Positions 18,613 to 31,044 of a DNA stretch of 64,000 nucleotides are shown here, in pieces (the first letter of the stretch is position 1; every line of letters begins with the position of its first letter). Origin of the DNA: Candidatus Omnitrophota bacterium (GTDB lineage: Bacteria; Omnitrophota; Gorgyraeia; Gygaellales; Gygaellaceae); NCBI GenBank assembly GCA_018400015.1, contig JAGYNB010000001.1, positions 328,321-392,320 of the forward strand. Direction: 5' to 3'. The notes beneath the pieces were generated by a model, which was not told the DNA's origin, did no database searches, and saw only the letters and a program-made list of their open reading frames with translations. A program made the position numbers and the translations under genes.

Positions 18613-19218
18613 ATGACTAGTAAAATGCAGTCACTTGTACCTATGGTCATTGAGCAGACTTCGCGAGGATACGAAAGGGCTTATGATATTTTTTCACGGC
18701 TGTTAAAAGACAGGATTATTTTTATTGGTACGCCTATTGATGATAATGTTGCAAATATCGTTATTGCCCAGATGTTGTTCTTGCAGATGGAAGACACAAA
18801 AAAGGAAATCAATATGTATATAAATTCTCCCGGTGGTTCGATTACCGCGGGACTTGCTATTTATGATACGATGCAGTTTGTTAAGCCTGACGTTTCCACT
18901 TATTGCGTAGGACAAGCTGCGAGTATGGGGGCCTTATTGTTGGCAGCCGGTAAAAAGGGTAAAAGATTTGCTTTACCGCACTCGCGAATTATGATTCATC
19001 AACCATGGGGTGGTGTACAAGGCCAAGCCGCGGATATTTCCATACAAACTAAAGAGATTTTACGTTTAAGAGACAAACTTAATCAGATTCTTGCTGGGCA
19101 TACTGAGAAAGATATAGAACAGATTAAAAAAGACACCGATAGGGATTATTTTATGTCAGCTGACGAGTCTAAAGATTACGGTATAATCGATTCAGTAATT
19201 AATAACAAAACAAAGTAG
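18613..19218 (+). CDS. clpP: ATP-dependent Clp protease proteolytic subunit
   Basis: [27 protein letters not shown]; catalytic triad context GQAASMG (Ser) and HQP (His); AGGAGG RBS. Confidence 0.9.
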   Translation: MTSKMQSLVPMVIEQTSRGYERAYDIFSRLLKDRIIFIGTPIDDNVANIVIAQMLFLQMEDTKKEINMYINSPGGSITAGLAIYDTMQFVKPDVSTYCVGQAASMGALLLAAGKKGKRFALPHSRIMIHQPWGGVQGQAADISIQTKEILRLRDKLNQILAGHTEKDIEQIKKDTDRDYFMSADESKDYGIIDSVINNKTK

Positions 19219-19260
19219 TCAATTAAACTAATGATTAAATAAGTGAGGAGAAATTGTTTT

Positions 19261-20412
19261 ATGAAAAAGAATTACCTTCTTACCCCCGGGCCTACGCCAT
19301 TGCCGCCTGAGGTAATGGAATCTTTAGCAAGACCAATAATTCATCACAGGACTCCGCAGTTTTTAAGTATTTTTAAAGAGGTTTGTGTTGGATTAAAATA
19401 CGTATTCGCCACAAAGCAGGATTGTTTTGTTTTTACGTCTTCGGGGACCGGTGCAATGGAATCAACTGTCGTTAATTTGCTATCGGCAGGTGACACAGCA
19501 ATATGTGTAAACGGTGGTAAATTCGGTGAACGTTGGGGTAAGCTTTGCCAGGCTTATGGAGTTGAGCCGGTAATTGTTGATGTCGAATGGGGCAAAGCAG
19601 TTGATCCAAAGGTAATTGAGGAAAAACTAAAAAATACAAAGCCGGCTCCCAAGGCAGTATTTACTACGCTTTGTGAGACTTCCACAGGAGTATCAACTGA
19701 TATAAGAGAGATTGCAAAGATAGTCAATAAAACCGATGCGGTTTTAGTTGTTGATGCCGTAAGCGGTCTTGGTGCTGTTCCTTGTTATACAGACGAATGG
19801 CAGATAGACGTAGTTGTTTCCGGTTCACAAAAAGGTTTGATGATTCCCCCCGGGCTTGCATTTTGTACTTTAAATGAAAAAGCCTGGAAGCTGGTTGAAG
19901 CAAGTAAACTCCCGAAATTTTATTACGACTATAAAAAATACAAGGCATCTTTAGCGAAAAACGACATGCCTTGGACTTCCGCGATTTCATTGATTGTTGC
20001 TTTAAATAGTGCTTTTAAACTTTTGCAGCAGCGGGGGTTAGAAAACGGTTTTAAGTATTACGAGGTGTTAGCAGATAGCGTAAGGGCCGCTGCTTTGGCT
20101 TTAGGATTAGAACTTTTTGCAGATGCGTCTTGCCGGTCAAATGCCGTTACTTCAATTAAGCTTCCCGCAAGCGTTGATGGAGCAAAGTTAGTAAAAATAA
20201 TGCGCGATGACTATGGCGTAGCAGTAGCAGGAGGTCAGGAACATTTAAAAGGAAAAATTATCAGGATTGCCCATATGGGGTATATCAATGAGTTTGAAAT
20301 AGTTTTATGCATCTCATGTTTAGAGAGAATATTATCTAAAATGGGGCATAAGATTGATTTGGGTGTTGGGGTAAAAGCCGCTCAAGAAGTATTTATTAAA
20401 AATTCGTTATAA
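19261..20412 (+). CDS. Class V aminotransferase (serine-pyruvate / phosphoserine aminotransferase type)
   Basis: AGT-family fold with PLP-lysine in SGSQKGL; directly upstream of serA, suggesting a role in serine biosynthesis. Start set at the ATG with GAGGAG RBS. Confidence 0.7.
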   Translation: MKKNYLLTPGPTPLPPEVMESLARPIIHHRTPQFLSIFKEVCVGLKYVFATKQDCFVFTSSGTGAMESTVVNLLSAGDTAICVNGGKFGERWGKLCQAYGVEPVIVDVEWGKAVDPKVIEEKLKNTKPAPKAVFTTLCETSTGVSTDIREIAKIVNKTDAVLVVDAVSGLGAVPCYTDEWQIDVVVSGSQKGLMIPPGLAFCTLNEKAWKLVEASKLPKFYYDYKKYKASLAKNDMPWTSAISLIVALNSAFKLLQQRGLENGFKYYEVLADSVRAAALALGLELFADASCRSNAVTSIKLPASVDGAKLVKIMRDDYGVAVAGGQEHLKGKIIRIAHMGYINEFEIVLCISCLERILSKMGHKIDLGVGVKAAQEVFIKNSL

Positions 20413-20442
20413 TTTCTAACAAGTTTAACAAGATAGAGGAAA

Positions 20443-22029
20443 GTGATGAATATTTTAATCAGCGATAAGCTGTCGCCGGAAGGTGTAGAGATTCTAAAGC
20501 AAGTTAAAGAATTTAAGGTAGACGTAAATACGGGCCTTAAACCGGATGAATTAAAGAAAATTATTTCCAAATACCATGCTTTGGTTGTAAGAAGCGGCAC
20601 TAAAGTGACAAAAGAAATAATCGATGAGGCCAAAAACCTTAAGGTTATTGGCCGGGCCGGAGTTGGACTTGATAACGTTGATTTGGCTTCTGCTACGGCA
20701 AAAGGTATTATGGTAATGAATGCTCCCGGAGGTAATACAATTTCTACAGCAGAACATACGTTTTCTATGGTTTTAGCGCTTATGCGTAATATTCCTCAGG
20801 CGCATGCCTCGATGCAAAAAGGAGAATGGAAACGCTCTGCTTTTATGGGTAAAGAAGTCTATGGTAAGACTTTAGGTGTAATCGGTTTAGGCAGAATCGG
20901 AACTGAAGTGGCTAAAAGAGCTTTAAGTTTCGGTATGAAGATTATTGCATTCGACCCGTTTTTATCTAAGGATAAGGTCGATCAGCTTGAAATTGAGTCA
21001 GTTACTTTGGATGATTTATTTTCAAGAGCTGACATAATCACCGTTCATGTTCCTTTGACAGATGATACCCGTCATATGATTAGCGAAAAACAGTTTTCTA
21101 TGGTGAAAAAGGGTGTGCGAATCGTAAACTGTGCGAGAGGTGGTATTGTTGATGAGACAGCTTTGGTAAGTGCCATTGAAAAAGAAATTGTCGCTGGCGC
21201 AGCATTTGATGTATTTGAATCTGAGCCGTTTGACAGTTCAAATGTTTTATTAAAGTCTGATAAAATCATTTTTACTCCTCATTTGGGCGCTTCTACTAAA
21301 GAAGCGCAGGTTAATGTTAGTATAGAGATCGCCGAATGTGTAAGGGACGCTTTACTCGACAAAGGCATTAAAAATGCTGCTAATTTTCCTAGTCTCGAAC
21401 CTGAAGCAATGAAGATTCTTATGCCTTGGGTGAATTTAGGAGAGCGCCTTGGCTTATTTCTGGGCCAGTTGATAGATTCTTCAATTAAAGAAATTATCTT
21501 AAGCTATAGTGGGTTTTTTACGCCGAATGATATAGCACCGATAAGCATGTCTTTGGTTAATGGATTGCTTAAACCTATCTTACAGGATACGGTTAATTTT
21601 GTGAATGCGATCTCCATAGCCAAAGGACGCGGAATAAAGATTACCGAACAGAGGTTAAGCGAAGAAAGCGATTTTGCCAATTTAGTTAGTTTAGAGGTAA
21701 AAACCGCACAAGGCATAAGAAGTATTGCCGGTACGCTTTTTGCCGATAAAGAACCAAGAATTGTAAAGCTTGATAATATGTATCTTGAGGCCGTGCCTAA
21801 AGGGTTTATGCTTTTAACCAGCAATGTTGATAAACCAGGAATTATAGGATCATTGGGCACTCTTTTAGGCAAGCGTGGAGTAAATATTGCCTGTATGGCT
21901 TTTGGCAGGACTACTCCAGGCGGACAGGCAGTAAGTATTATTAATATCGACAGCCGGGTAAGCGAAGAGATTCTTGCAGAAATAAGGTCTGTTAAAGATA
22001 TAAATTCCGTAAAGCTTCTTAAATTATAA
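20443..22029 (+). CDS. serA: D-3-phosphoglycerate dehydrogenase with ASB and ACT domains
   Basis: 2-hydroxyacid dehydrogenase NAD motif GVIGLGRIG; 528-aa long form with C-terminal ACT domain. Confidence 0.85.
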   Translation: MMNILISDKLSPEGVEILKQVKEFKVDVNTGLKPDELKKIISKYHALVVRSGTKVTKEIIDEAKNLKVIGRAGVGLDNVDLASATAKGIMVMNAPGGNTISTAEHTFSMVLALMRNIPQAHASMQKGEWKRSAFMGKEVYGKTLGVIGLGRIGTEVAKRALSFGMKIIAFDPFLSKDKVDQLEIESVTLDDLFSRADIITVHVPLTDDTRHMISEKQFSMVKKGVRIVNCARGGIVDETALVSAIEKEIVAGAAFDVFESEPFDSSNVLLKSDKIIFTPHLGASTKEAQVNVSIEIAECVRDALLDKGIKNAANFPSLEPEAMKILMPWVNLGERLGLFLGQLIDSSIKEIILSYSGFFTPNDIAPISMSLVNGLLKPILQDTVNFVNAISIAKGRGIKITEQRLSEESDFANLVSLEVKTAQGIRSIAGTLFADKEPRIVKLDNMYLEAVPKGFMLLTSNVDKPGIIGSLGTLLGKRGVNIACMAFGRTTPGGQAVSIINIDSRVSEEILAEIRSVKDINSVKLLKL

Positions 22030-22032
22030 TTT

Positions 22033-23223
22033 ATGCGCAAGGTATTTTTTTTAGTTTTAATTATTTTCTTGTTGCCACTTGTGAGTTTTGCCCAGCCGCG
22101 GATTGAGCTTAGTACTGATAAGTTCAATCTTGGTCGCATTGAAGAAGGTAGGCTTTTCCCGGGTGAGGTTATTGTTAAAAATACCGGTTCCGAACGTCTT
22201 GATATTAAAATACGTTTGACTTGCGGCTGTGTGCAGGTTATTGAGCCACGTGTTACATCGTTTTTTTTGTCTGCAGATGAGTTTAAGGTAATAAAATTCA
22301 ATTTTGATTCCACAGGTTATCATGAAGATATTACACAGTATTTGATTTTAGATACTAATGATCCTGATAGGCCTTCTTTAAGAATCCCCGTTAAGGCATA
22401 TGTAGTGATGCAGGAGTCAAAGCAAGTTGATAAATTCAAACAATTAAACATGGCAATGGTGTTAGGTGCTGGGTTGGCCGATAGCGTTAATCCTTGCGCA
22501 TTTACAGTGTTGGTATTTTTTGTTTCTTTTTTAGGTTTTGTAGGGTACAAAAGAAAAGAAATACTTTTTGTCGGTTTTATATTTATCACTACTGTTTTTA
22601 TAACTTATCTTTTATTGGGATTAGGCGTATTTGAGGTTTTTAAGATGTTAGGTATTAATGTTTATTTGGAAATTACCATAGCTTTACTTACAATGATTTT
22701 AGCATTTCTACTGGCAGGTTTTAATATTTATGATTTCTTTATATTCAGAAAAACTAAAGATCCGCATAAGACAATTCTTAAATTGCCCGGTTCTGTTAAA
22801 AGCAAGATTCAAAATGTAATAAAGCAATCTACAGACATTCGCGAAAAAACCGGCTACAGCAAGAAGACTATTTTTGGAATGGTTGTTTCCAGTGTCGGCT
22901 GCGCTTTTTTGGTAACCGTATTTGAGTCAGTTTGTACAGGACAACTTTATTTGCCGACGATAGTTTTCGTAATGAATACTACGAGTACAAAATTACTGGC
23001 TTTTTTATACCTTGTGTTATATAATCTGATGTTCGTTTTGCCGTTATTTCTGATTGTTGTTCTTGGCGGTTATGGTTTAACCAGCGATAATTTTGCTCGT
23101 TTCAGCCAAAAGAATTTTGGTTTGATAAAAATTATTACAGCTGTTATATTCTTGCTATTAGGAGGGATACTCTTTATATGGAAAAAAGAAGATTTTGTTT
23201 ATTTGTTTTCTTTATTTGTTTAA
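22033..23223 (+). CDS. DUF1573-like N-terminal domain fused to CcdA/DsbD-family thiol-disulfide transporter
   Basis: Signal peptide plus beta-sandwich-like domain with CGC, then a polytopic region with the DsbD/CcdA Cys motifs (SVNPCAF in TM1, ESVCTGQLY in a later TM). Confidence 0.6.
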   Translation: MRKVFFLVLIIFLLPLVSFAQPRIELSTDKFNLGRIEEGRLFPGEVIVKNTGSERLDIKIRLTCGCVQVIEPRVTSFFLSADEFKVIKFNFDSTGYHEDITQYLILDTNDPDRPSLRIPVKAYVVMQESKQVDKFKQLNMAMVLGAGLADSVNPCAFTVLVFFVSFLGFVGYKRKEILFVGFIFITTVFITYLLLGLGVFEVFKMLGINVYLEITIALLTMILAFLLAGFNIYDFFIFRKTKDPHKTILKLPGSVKSKIQNVIKQSTDIREKTGYSKKTIFGMVVSSVGCAFLVTVFESVCTGQLYLPTIVFVMNTTSTKLLAFLYLVLYNLMFVLPLFLIVVLGGYGLTSDNFARFSQKNFGLIKIITAVIFLLLGGILFIWKKEDFVYLFSLFV

Positions 23224-24092
23224 GTTTTTCTATTGCCTGGGCACAGGAAGACGTTAAAGACAATAGCGCCAAAGCTTATTATGAAAAAAGTTCAAAGAAC
23301 GGGTGCTCTAGCTGTAAGAAAAAAGATGCTAACTTGCCAGAGCTCGAACTCAACGTTATTTTATCCAGTAATTGCAAGACATGTTCAACGGGACCTTTTT
23401 TAAAACGGCTGGAAAATTATTTTTCAAAGATAAAGCTTAAGAAAATAGATATTAAAGATGCAAAAGACCTGGTAGAAAAAAGCGGTCTGAAAAGCCTTCC
23501 TATATATTTCATACAGAAAGAAACGGTCAAGTTAGATGATCTTGAGAAAATTAAGAATTTTCTTGAAGAGAAAGATTTTGGTTTTGTTTTTATTCCGCAG
23601 TTTTCCGGCATGACTTATCTATTGGATAGGCAGTTATTTAAAGGTAAGATTGATTTATTCTTAAGTATTTTCGATAAAGATACTGCTGAGATTATAAATA
23701 ATTTAAGACAGTTGAATCCTCGCGTGCATTTTCTGGCAATAAAACGCAATAACGAATTTATCGCCCGTGGCGGTTTAAGAGATTTAGAAGAAATCCGTAG
23801 AGCAGTATGCATACAAAAATATTATCCTAATGATTATTTTGATTATCTCTTATGCAGAGCGAATAATATTCAAAGCACTTGGTGGGATGAGTGTGTAGAT
23901 AATGTTGATTACGGAAGAATAAGGCAGTGTTCTTTAAGTGAAGAATCAGATAAGCTGCTGGAAGAGAATCTTAAGCTTGTAATGGAACTTAATATTTTTT
24001 CACAAGCAACTGTGCTGTTAGAGAACAAAGAATTGTTTCAGGTGTTAAAAGAGACTTCAGCAGGTGAGTTAGAGCAATTATTATCAAAATAA
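23178..24092 (+). CDS. Secreted thioredoxin-fold protein with CxxC motifs (DsbA/thiol-disulfide oxidoreductase-like)
   Basis: Signal peptide MEKRRFCLFVFFICLSFSIAWA; CSSC and CKTC motifs; C-terminal DsbA-like region. Overlaps the upstream CcdA-like gene by 46 nt. Confidence 0.4.
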   Translation: MEKRRFCLFVFFICLSFSIAWAQEDVKDNSAKAYYEKSSKNGCSSCKKKDANLPELELNVILSSNCKTCSTGPFLKRLENYFSKIKLKKIDIKDAKDLVEKSGLKSLPIYFIQKETVKLDDLEKIKNFLEEKDFGFVFIPQFSGMTYLLDRQLFKGKIDLFLSIFDKDTAEIINNLRQLNPRVHFLAIKRNNEFIARGGLRDLEEIRRAVCIQKYYPNDYFDYLLCRANNIQSTWWDECVDNVDYGRIRQCSLSEESDKLLEENLKLVMELNIFSQATVLLENKELFQVLKETSAGELEQLLSK

Positions 24093-25382
<1,290 letters not shown>

Positions 25383-25463
25383 TTCCCAAAAAAAGTTGAC
25401 TAATTTTTTTCTATATGGTATTTTAATATTTCAATTTAAATTATTAATTAAATAGGAGGAAGT

Positions 25464-27566
25464 ATGCCGAGTTTAGATATGTTGCTTTTAGCCCCCTTAG
25501 GTTCGATAACCGCGCTTATTTTCGCAGGCTATTTGACTATGATGATTTTAAAAAAAGACGAGGGTACGCCTAAGATGAAGGAAATCGCCCAGGCAGTAAG
25601 GGTTGGTTCCCGGGCCTATCTAAAAAGACAATACACAGGTGTTGCGATATTTTTCGCTGTTGTTTTCTTTATTCTCTTGTGGCTTGTTTTTAAAGGTTAT
25701 TTGGTTATATTTGTTCCTTTTGCTTTTTTAACCGGCGGTTTGTTTTCAGGTCTTTCCGGTTTTATCGGAATGACGATTGCAACTCAGGCATCAAACAGAA
25801 CTACAGCTGCATCTGAAATTAGCCTTAATTCCGGTTTAAGGGTGGCATTTTCAAGCGGTGCAGTAATGGGGCTTACTGTTGTTGGTTTAGGGCTTTTGGA
25901 TTTGAGTATCTGGTATTATTTTCTTGATTGGTATTATTCAACTCACGCGATTCCAATCGGTGCAGATAAAATAACCGCAATTACCTCTACCATGCTTTGT
26001 TTTGGTATGGGTGCAAGTTCCCAGGCGCTTTTTGCCAGAGTAGGCGGCGGTATATTTACTAAGGCTGCTGATGTTGGCGCAGATTTAGTCGGTAAAGTCG
26101 AAGCAGGTATTCCTGAAGATGATCCAAGAAACCCCGCAGTTATTGCCGATAACGTCGGTGATAACGTAGGTGATGTTGCCGGTATGGGTGCAGACCTCTA
26201 TGAAAGCTATGTCGGCTCAATCGTTGCTACAGCTGCTTTAGGTGTTGCTGCAGGTCTTGGTATAAAAGGAGTGACTGTTCCTTTGGTTATGGCAGCAGTG
26301 GGAGTTCTCGCTTCGATTATCGGAACGTTTTTTGTTCGTTGCGGCGAAGAGGCATCCCAGAATGTACTTTTAAAGGCTTTAAGAAAAGGAGTTTTTATTA
26401 GTGCGGCCATAGTTGCCGTTAGTTCGTTTTTCTTGATAAAGCATACGTTAGGAATAGAGCATATCGGAGTGTATTATTCTGTTATTGCTGGTTTATTGGC
26501 CGGAGTTGTAATTGGTCTTGCTACTGAATACTACACATCAAGCAGTTTTTCTCCCACCAAAAGTATTGCCCAGGCTGCTTTAACCGGTCCGGCAACAGTT
26601 ATTATCGCCGGAATTTCCGTCGGTATGATGTCAACGGCAATTCCCGTATTGATTGTCGGTGCTGCTATTTTGGCAAGTTTCTTTTTGTCTGGCGGTGCGG
26701 CTAATTTTAACGCCGGGCTTTATGGCGTGGGGATTTCCGCAGTGGGGATGCTTTCCACATTAGGAATCACTTTAGCTACTGATGCCTACGGTCCGGTTGC
26801 CGATAATGCCGGAGGCAATGCGGAAATGGCCGGGTTACCTAAAGAGGTGAGAAAAAGAACCGATGCTTTGGATTCATTAGGCAATACTACAGCGGCAACA
26901 GGCAAAGGTTTTGCAATTGGGTCAGCTGCATTAACGGCTCTTGCATTAATTGCCGCATACAAAGAACAGGTTGTTTTATTCGGAAAAGATATGACTTTAA
27001 GTTTGATGAATCCTAATGTATTGGTTGGGCTTTTTATCGGAGGAATGCTGCCGTTTTTATTTTGTTCCATGACTATGCGAGCAGTTGGACGTGCAGCGGG
27101 AAAAATTGTTGTGGAAGTAAGGCGTCAGTTTGCTGAGATAACCGGTCTTATGGAAGGAAAAGCAAAGCCGGATTATGCAAGATGCGTAACAATCGCAACT
27201 ATTGCTGCTCAACAAGAAATGATTGCCCCGTCATTGCTAGCGATTGTTGCTCCGATTCTGGTTGGTATATTCATAGGCGTAGAGGCCCAAGCTGGATTAT
27301 TGATTGGTTCTTTAGTGTGTGGTTTTGTTTTAGCTGTTATGATGGCTAACTCTGGCGGAGCATGGGATAATGCCAAAAAATACATTGAAGAAGGCAATTA
27401 CGAAGGCAAAGGTTCTATTGCTCATAAAGCAAGTGTGGTGGGTGATACTGTAGGCGATCCGTTTAAGGACACATCAGGCCCCAGCCTTAATATCTTAATT
27501 AAGCTTATGTCTATGGTTTCCATAGTTTTTGCATCGTTTGTTATCAGCAATACTTTCTTTAAGTAA
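25464..27566 (+). CDS. hppA: Membrane-bound proton/sodium-translocating pyrophosphatase
   Basis: 700 aa polytopic; [24 protein letters not shown] and DTxGDPxKD signatures of V-PPases. Confidence 0.9.
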   Translation: MPSLDMLLLAPLGSITALIFAGYLTMMILKKDEGTPKMKEIAQAVRVGSRAYLKRQYTGVAIFFAVVFFILLWLVFKGYLVIFVPFAFLTGGLFSGLSGFIGMTIATQASNRTTAASEISLNSGLRVAFSSGAVMGLTVVGLGLLDLSIWYYFLDWYYSTHAIPIGADKITAITSTMLCFGMGASSQALFARVGGGIFTKAADVGADLVGKVEAGIPEDDPRNPAVIADNVGDNVGDVAGMGADLYESYVGSIVATAALGVAAGLGIKGVTVPLVMAAVGVLASIIGTFFVRCGEEASQNVLLKALRKGVFISAAIVAVSSFFLIKHTLGIEHIGVYYSVIAGLLAGVVIGLATEYYTSSSFSPTKSIAQAALTGPATVIIAGISVGMMSTAIPVLIVGAAILASFFLSGGAANFNAGLYGVGISAVGMLSTLGITLATDAYGPVADNAGGNAEMAGLPKEVRKRTDALDSLGNTTAATGKGFAIGSAALTALALIAAYKEQVVLFGKDMTLSLMNPNVLVGLFIGGMLPFLFCSMTMRAVGRAAGKIVVEVRRQFAEITGLMEGKAKPDYARCVTIATIAAQQEMIAPSLLAIVAPILVGIFIGVEAQAGLLIGSLVCGFVLAVMMANSGGAWDNAKKYIEEGNYEGKGSIAHKASVVGDTVGDPFKDTSGPSLNILIKLMSMVSIVFASFVISNTFFK

Positions 27567-27590
27567 TTATAAAATAAGAGGTTACAATTA

Positions 27591-27620
27591 GGGCATCCTT
27601 AAGAAAAGGGTGCCTTTTTT
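27591..27620 (+). terminator. Rho-independent terminator after hppA
   Basis: GGGCATCC...GGGTGCC hairpin (one G-U pair) followed by TTTTTT. Confidence 0.6.
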
Positions 27621-27633
27621 GTATCTTTTATAA

Positions 27634-27662
27634 TTGACAGTAAATACTCTATGCTATATAAT
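27634..27662 (+). promoter_or_regulatory. Sigma-70 consensus promoter for lysS (TTGACA-N17-TATAAT)
   Basis: Perfect -35 and -10 hexamers with a 17-nt spacer about 50 nt upstream of the lysS ATG. Confidence 0.6.
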
Positions 27663-27714
27663 ACTTTAGTTAAGTTATTTATTTAAAACCAGTTATCAAT
27701 CAAACAATAAAAAA

Positions 27715-29175
27715 ATGGAACTTGATCAAATTATTAGCCAGAGAATAGAAAAGCTTAAGAATTTAAAACAAAGCGGTTTTGATCCTTATAGTATAAAATT
27801 TGCCAAAGTCGATAGTATAAAGAGTTTACGAGATGAATTTCAAGAAGGTAAAGAAACATCAACTGCCGGAAGAATAGTTTCAAAGCGCTTACATGGCAAG
27901 GCTGGTTTTGCCAATATTAAGGATCAGTCAGGAAAAATACAAATTTATCTAAAAAAAGATATTTTAGGAGATGATAATTTTAAAATTGCTTCAAGCGCTG
28001 ATGTTGGGGATATTGTTGGCATAAAAGGAAAACTATTTATAACCCATACCGGTGAACAGACAATAGAAGTAAAAGAACTTTGTATACTCTCAAAAAGTTT
28101 AAGGCCTTTACCTGAGAAGTGGCACGGCCTACGTGATGTAGAAACTAGGTTCCGTGAGCGGTATGTTGATATTATCAGTAACGATGAAGTAAAAGATATT
28201 TTCTTAAAAAGAACAAAAATCGTTAGTTTAATCAGAAAATTCTTAGATGATAAAGGTTATATCGAGGTGGAAACTCCGATGATGCATGTTGTTCCAGGCG
28301 GCGCTGCCGGCAGGCCATTTAAAACGCATCACAATGAATATGATTTAGATCTTTATTTAAGGATCGCACCGGAATTGTATTTAAAGAAACTTCTTGTTGC
28401 CGGTTTTGAAAAGATTTACGAAATCAATAGAAGTTTTCGCAATGAAGGAGTTTCTACAAGACATAATCCTGAATTTACCATGCTTGAGGTGTATACTGCC
28501 TTTGTTGATGTTACTGGTGTTATGGCGCTTACTAAAGAATTAATCACAGGACTAGTAAAAGATATATTCAAAACGGAGAAAATAACATATCAAGGGAAAG
28601 AAATAGATTTTAGCAAATGGGAAGAGATTTCTTTTGCAAAGGTTATGAAGGACACTTACGGTATAGAAGCTGGCGATGAGCTTGATTCTTGGATAAGTAA
28701 GCTTAAGGCTAAGGGAGTAAAGGTAGAGTCAAAAAATATCTCTAGGAGTTTTGTTGCCAATTTAATCGCTGATTTACTTTTGCCGCGTGAGGACCATCCT
28801 GTTTTTATTACAGATTTATTCAGCGTGTTGTGTCCTTTGGCAAAGACAAAGCCGGACAATCCTCATTTATCGCAGAGGTTTGAGCTTTTTATTGGCGGAA
28901 TGGAAGTTGCTAATGCGTATTCAGAGCTGAATGATCCAATAGAGCAAAAAGAACGTTTTCTGCAGGAACTCAAAGATCTTGATAATGAACAGGCAAAAGA
29001 AAAATCTCTAGATGATGATTTTATTCGTGCGCTTGAATTTGCTATGCCTCCCGCTGGAGGTTTAGGTATTGGTATAGATAGGCTGGTTATGCTTTTGACA
29101 GACCAGGCATCGATAAGAGAGGTAATTTTGTTTCCTTTGCTGAGGCCGGAAAATAAACAGAATGCATCTATTTAA
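27715..29175 (+). CDS. lysS: Lysyl-tRNA synthetase, class II
   Basis: OB-fold anticodon-binding N-terminus; class II motifs (FRNEG, GGLGIGIDRL). Confidence 0.9.
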   Translation: MELDQIISQRIEKLKNLKQSGFDPYSIKFAKVDSIKSLRDEFQEGKETSTAGRIVSKRLHGKAGFANIKDQSGKIQIYLKKDILGDDNFKIASSADVGDIVGIKGKLFITHTGEQTIEVKELCILSKSLRPLPEKWHGLRDVETRFRERYVDIISNDEVKDIFLKRTKIVSLIRKFLDDKGYIEVETPMMHVVPGGAAGRPFKTHHNEYDLDLYLRIAPELYLKKLLVAGFEKIYEINRSFRNEGVSTRHNPEFTMLEVYTAFVDVTGVMALTKELITGLVKDIFKTEKITYQGKEIDFSKWEEISFAKVMKDTYGIEAGDELDSWISKLKAKGVKVESKNISRSFVANLIADLLLPREDHPVFITDLFSVLCPLAKTKPDNPHLSQRFELFIGGMEVANAYSELNDPIEQKERFLQELKDLDNEQAKEKSLDDDFIRALEFAMPPAGGLGIGIDRLVMLLTDQASIREVILFPLLRPENKQNASI

Positions 29176-30343
29176 GATTAGCTGGCGCTATCTATTTTCA
29201 AAAAGAAAAGGCGCTTTTATAAACCTTATTACGATAATTTCTATTTCAGGAATTGCTATCGGTGTTGCTGCCTTAATAATCGTAATAAGTGTGATGAATG
29301 GTTTCGATAAAGATTTAAAGGATAAAATTGTAGGCAGTAACGCCCATATTATTATTGAATCACCCGAAGGCTTGATTGGTTACAACAATTTAATAAAAAA
29401 GGTTGAATCTGTTGAGTACGTAGATTCGGCAAGCGCTTTTATTGGCGGCCAAGTTGTGTTTTTAAAAGATAAGAATGCTTTTGCTCTTAATCTTAAAGGG
29501 ATCGATACAGAAAAAGAAAAGAGGATCTCAAAGCTTGATCGCTATATAAAACAGGGTTCTTTTGACATATCTGAGAACGAAATAATTATTGGCAGGGAAT
29601 TAGCCCTCTATATGGGCATAGGTTTGGAAGATGTTATTAAAATTGTAAGTCCTGTTTTGCGCAAGACATTTGAATTGAAGGTAAAGGGTATTTTTTCTAG
29701 CGGTATGTACGATTATGATTTAAGCCTTGTTTTAGTTAATTTAAAACAGGCTCAGAAGATTTTTGGGCTTGGCGATATTGTAAGCGGTATAGGCGTGAGA
29801 ATAGATGATTTGTTTGCCGCTAAAAGAGCGCGAGAGTTAATTTATGAGGCAATCGGTACAAACTATGTTATTAAGACTTGGATGGAGATAAACAAGAATT
29901 TTTTTGCTGCTTTGAAGCTTGAAAAAATTACCATGTTTATAATACTTACTTTGATCATTCTTGTGGCTAGTTTTAATATAATTAGCGCTTTAATTGTAAT
30001 GGTGGTGGATAAAACTAAAGATATCGGTATACTAAAGGCGTTAGGGGTTACTGCAAGCGGCATAAGAAGGATTTTTACCATTGAGGGATTATTGATGGGA
30101 AGTTTCGGCATAACTGTTGGGTTAGGTATAGGAATTTTATTGTGCTGGCTGCTTGAGAAATATCAGTTTATTAAGCTTCCTTCTGAGATTTATTATATTG
30201 ATAAGCTTCCTGTTGCGATTAGGGTTTGGCCGGATATCGTTCTGGTAGTTGTTTCTGCTTTTTTGATAGTTTTAGTTTCTAGTTTTTACCCGGCATTTAT
30301 GGCATCACGTTTAAATCCCGTGGATGCGTTGCGTTACGAATAA
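29162..30343 (+). CDS. lolC: Lipoprotein-releasing system permease (LolC/LolE, FtsX-like)
   Basis: Four TM helices with a large periplasmic loop and MacB/FtsX C-terminal TM bundle; followed by lolD. Confidence 0.75.
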   Translation: MHLFKISWRYLFSKRKGAFINLITIISISGIAIGVAALIIVISVMNGFDKDLKDKIVGSNAHIIIESPEGLIGYNNLIKKVESVEYVDSASAFIGGQVVFLKDKNAFALNLKGIDTEKEKRISKLDRYIKQGSFDISENEIIIGRELALYMGIGLEDVIKIVSPVLRKTFELKVKGIFSSGMYDYDLSLVLVNLKQAQKIFGLGDIVSGIGVRIDDLFAAKRARELIYEAIGTNYVIKTWMEINKNFFAALKLEKITMFIILTLIILVASFNIISALIVMVVDKTKDIGILKALGVTASGIRRIFTIEGLLMGSFGITVGLGIGILLCWLLEKYQFIKLPSEIYYIDKLPVAIRVWPDIVLVVVSAFLIVLVSSFYPAFMASRLNPVDALRYE

Positions 30344-30348
30344 ATAAT

Positions 30349-31023
30349 ATGATTAGAGCTATTGATATACATAAGAGCTATTTCGATGTCGGTAAAAAAC
30401 TTTCGGTTTTAAGAGGCGTAAGTCTAGAGATTAAGGAAAATGAGATCTTGTGTGTTTTTGGTCCATCGGGAGCTGGTAAATCAACGTTATTGCATATTTT
30501 AGGAGGACTGGATGTTCCTAGCAAAGGGAATGTAGAAATACAGGGAAAAGATTTATCTAAACTTAACGAAGAAGAATTAGCTTTGTTAAGAAATCAAAGC
30601 ATTGGGTTTGTTTTTCAGTTTTATCATCTTTTGGGTGAATTTAACATATTAGAGAACATTGCTTTGCCTGCTTTTTTAAAACAGAAAAAAAGAATCGGTT
30701 TTAGAAATGATATTTATAAAAGAGCAAAAGAACTTGTTAATCTTGTAGGCTTAACCGAAAGAGCCTTGCATATGCCTAAAGAGCTTTCCGGAGGAGAGAT
30801 GCAGAGAGTTGCCATAGCGAGGGCATTGATAAACGATCCGCGGATTTTACTTTGTGATGAACCTACGGGAAATCTTGATTCTGAAAACGGAATTAATATC
30901 TGTAATATTTTAAAGCGGCTAAATAAAGAAAATAATACTACTATAGTTTTAGTCTCTCACGATGAGAATATGAAGAGAATGGCTACAAGAACAGTTTTTA
31001 TAAAAGATGGATTGTTGAATTAA
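30349..31023 (+). CDS. lolD: Lipoprotein-releasing system ATP-binding protein
   Basis: Walker A GPSGAGKST, LSGGEMQR signature, Walker B LLCDEPTGNLD. Confidence 0.8.
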   Translation: MIRAIDIHKSYFDVGKKLSVLRGVSLEIKENEILCVFGPSGAGKSTLLHILGGLDVPSKGNVEIQGKDLSKLNEEELALLRNQSIGFVFQFYHLLGEFNILENIALPAFLKQKKRIGFRNDIYKRAKELVNLVGLTERALHMPKELSGGEMQRVAIARALINDPRILLCDEPTGNLDSENGINICNILKRLNKENNTTIVLVSHDENMKRMATRTVFIKDGLLN

Positions 31024-31044
31024 ATTAAGAAACCGGAGGTTGTA

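Noticed and set aside
21504-22313. 269-aa minus-strand ORF antisense to the serA 3' end and the following gene
   Set aside because: Entirely embedded in well-supported + strand genes. The composition is typical of AT-rich antisense frames, with no motifs and no RBS.
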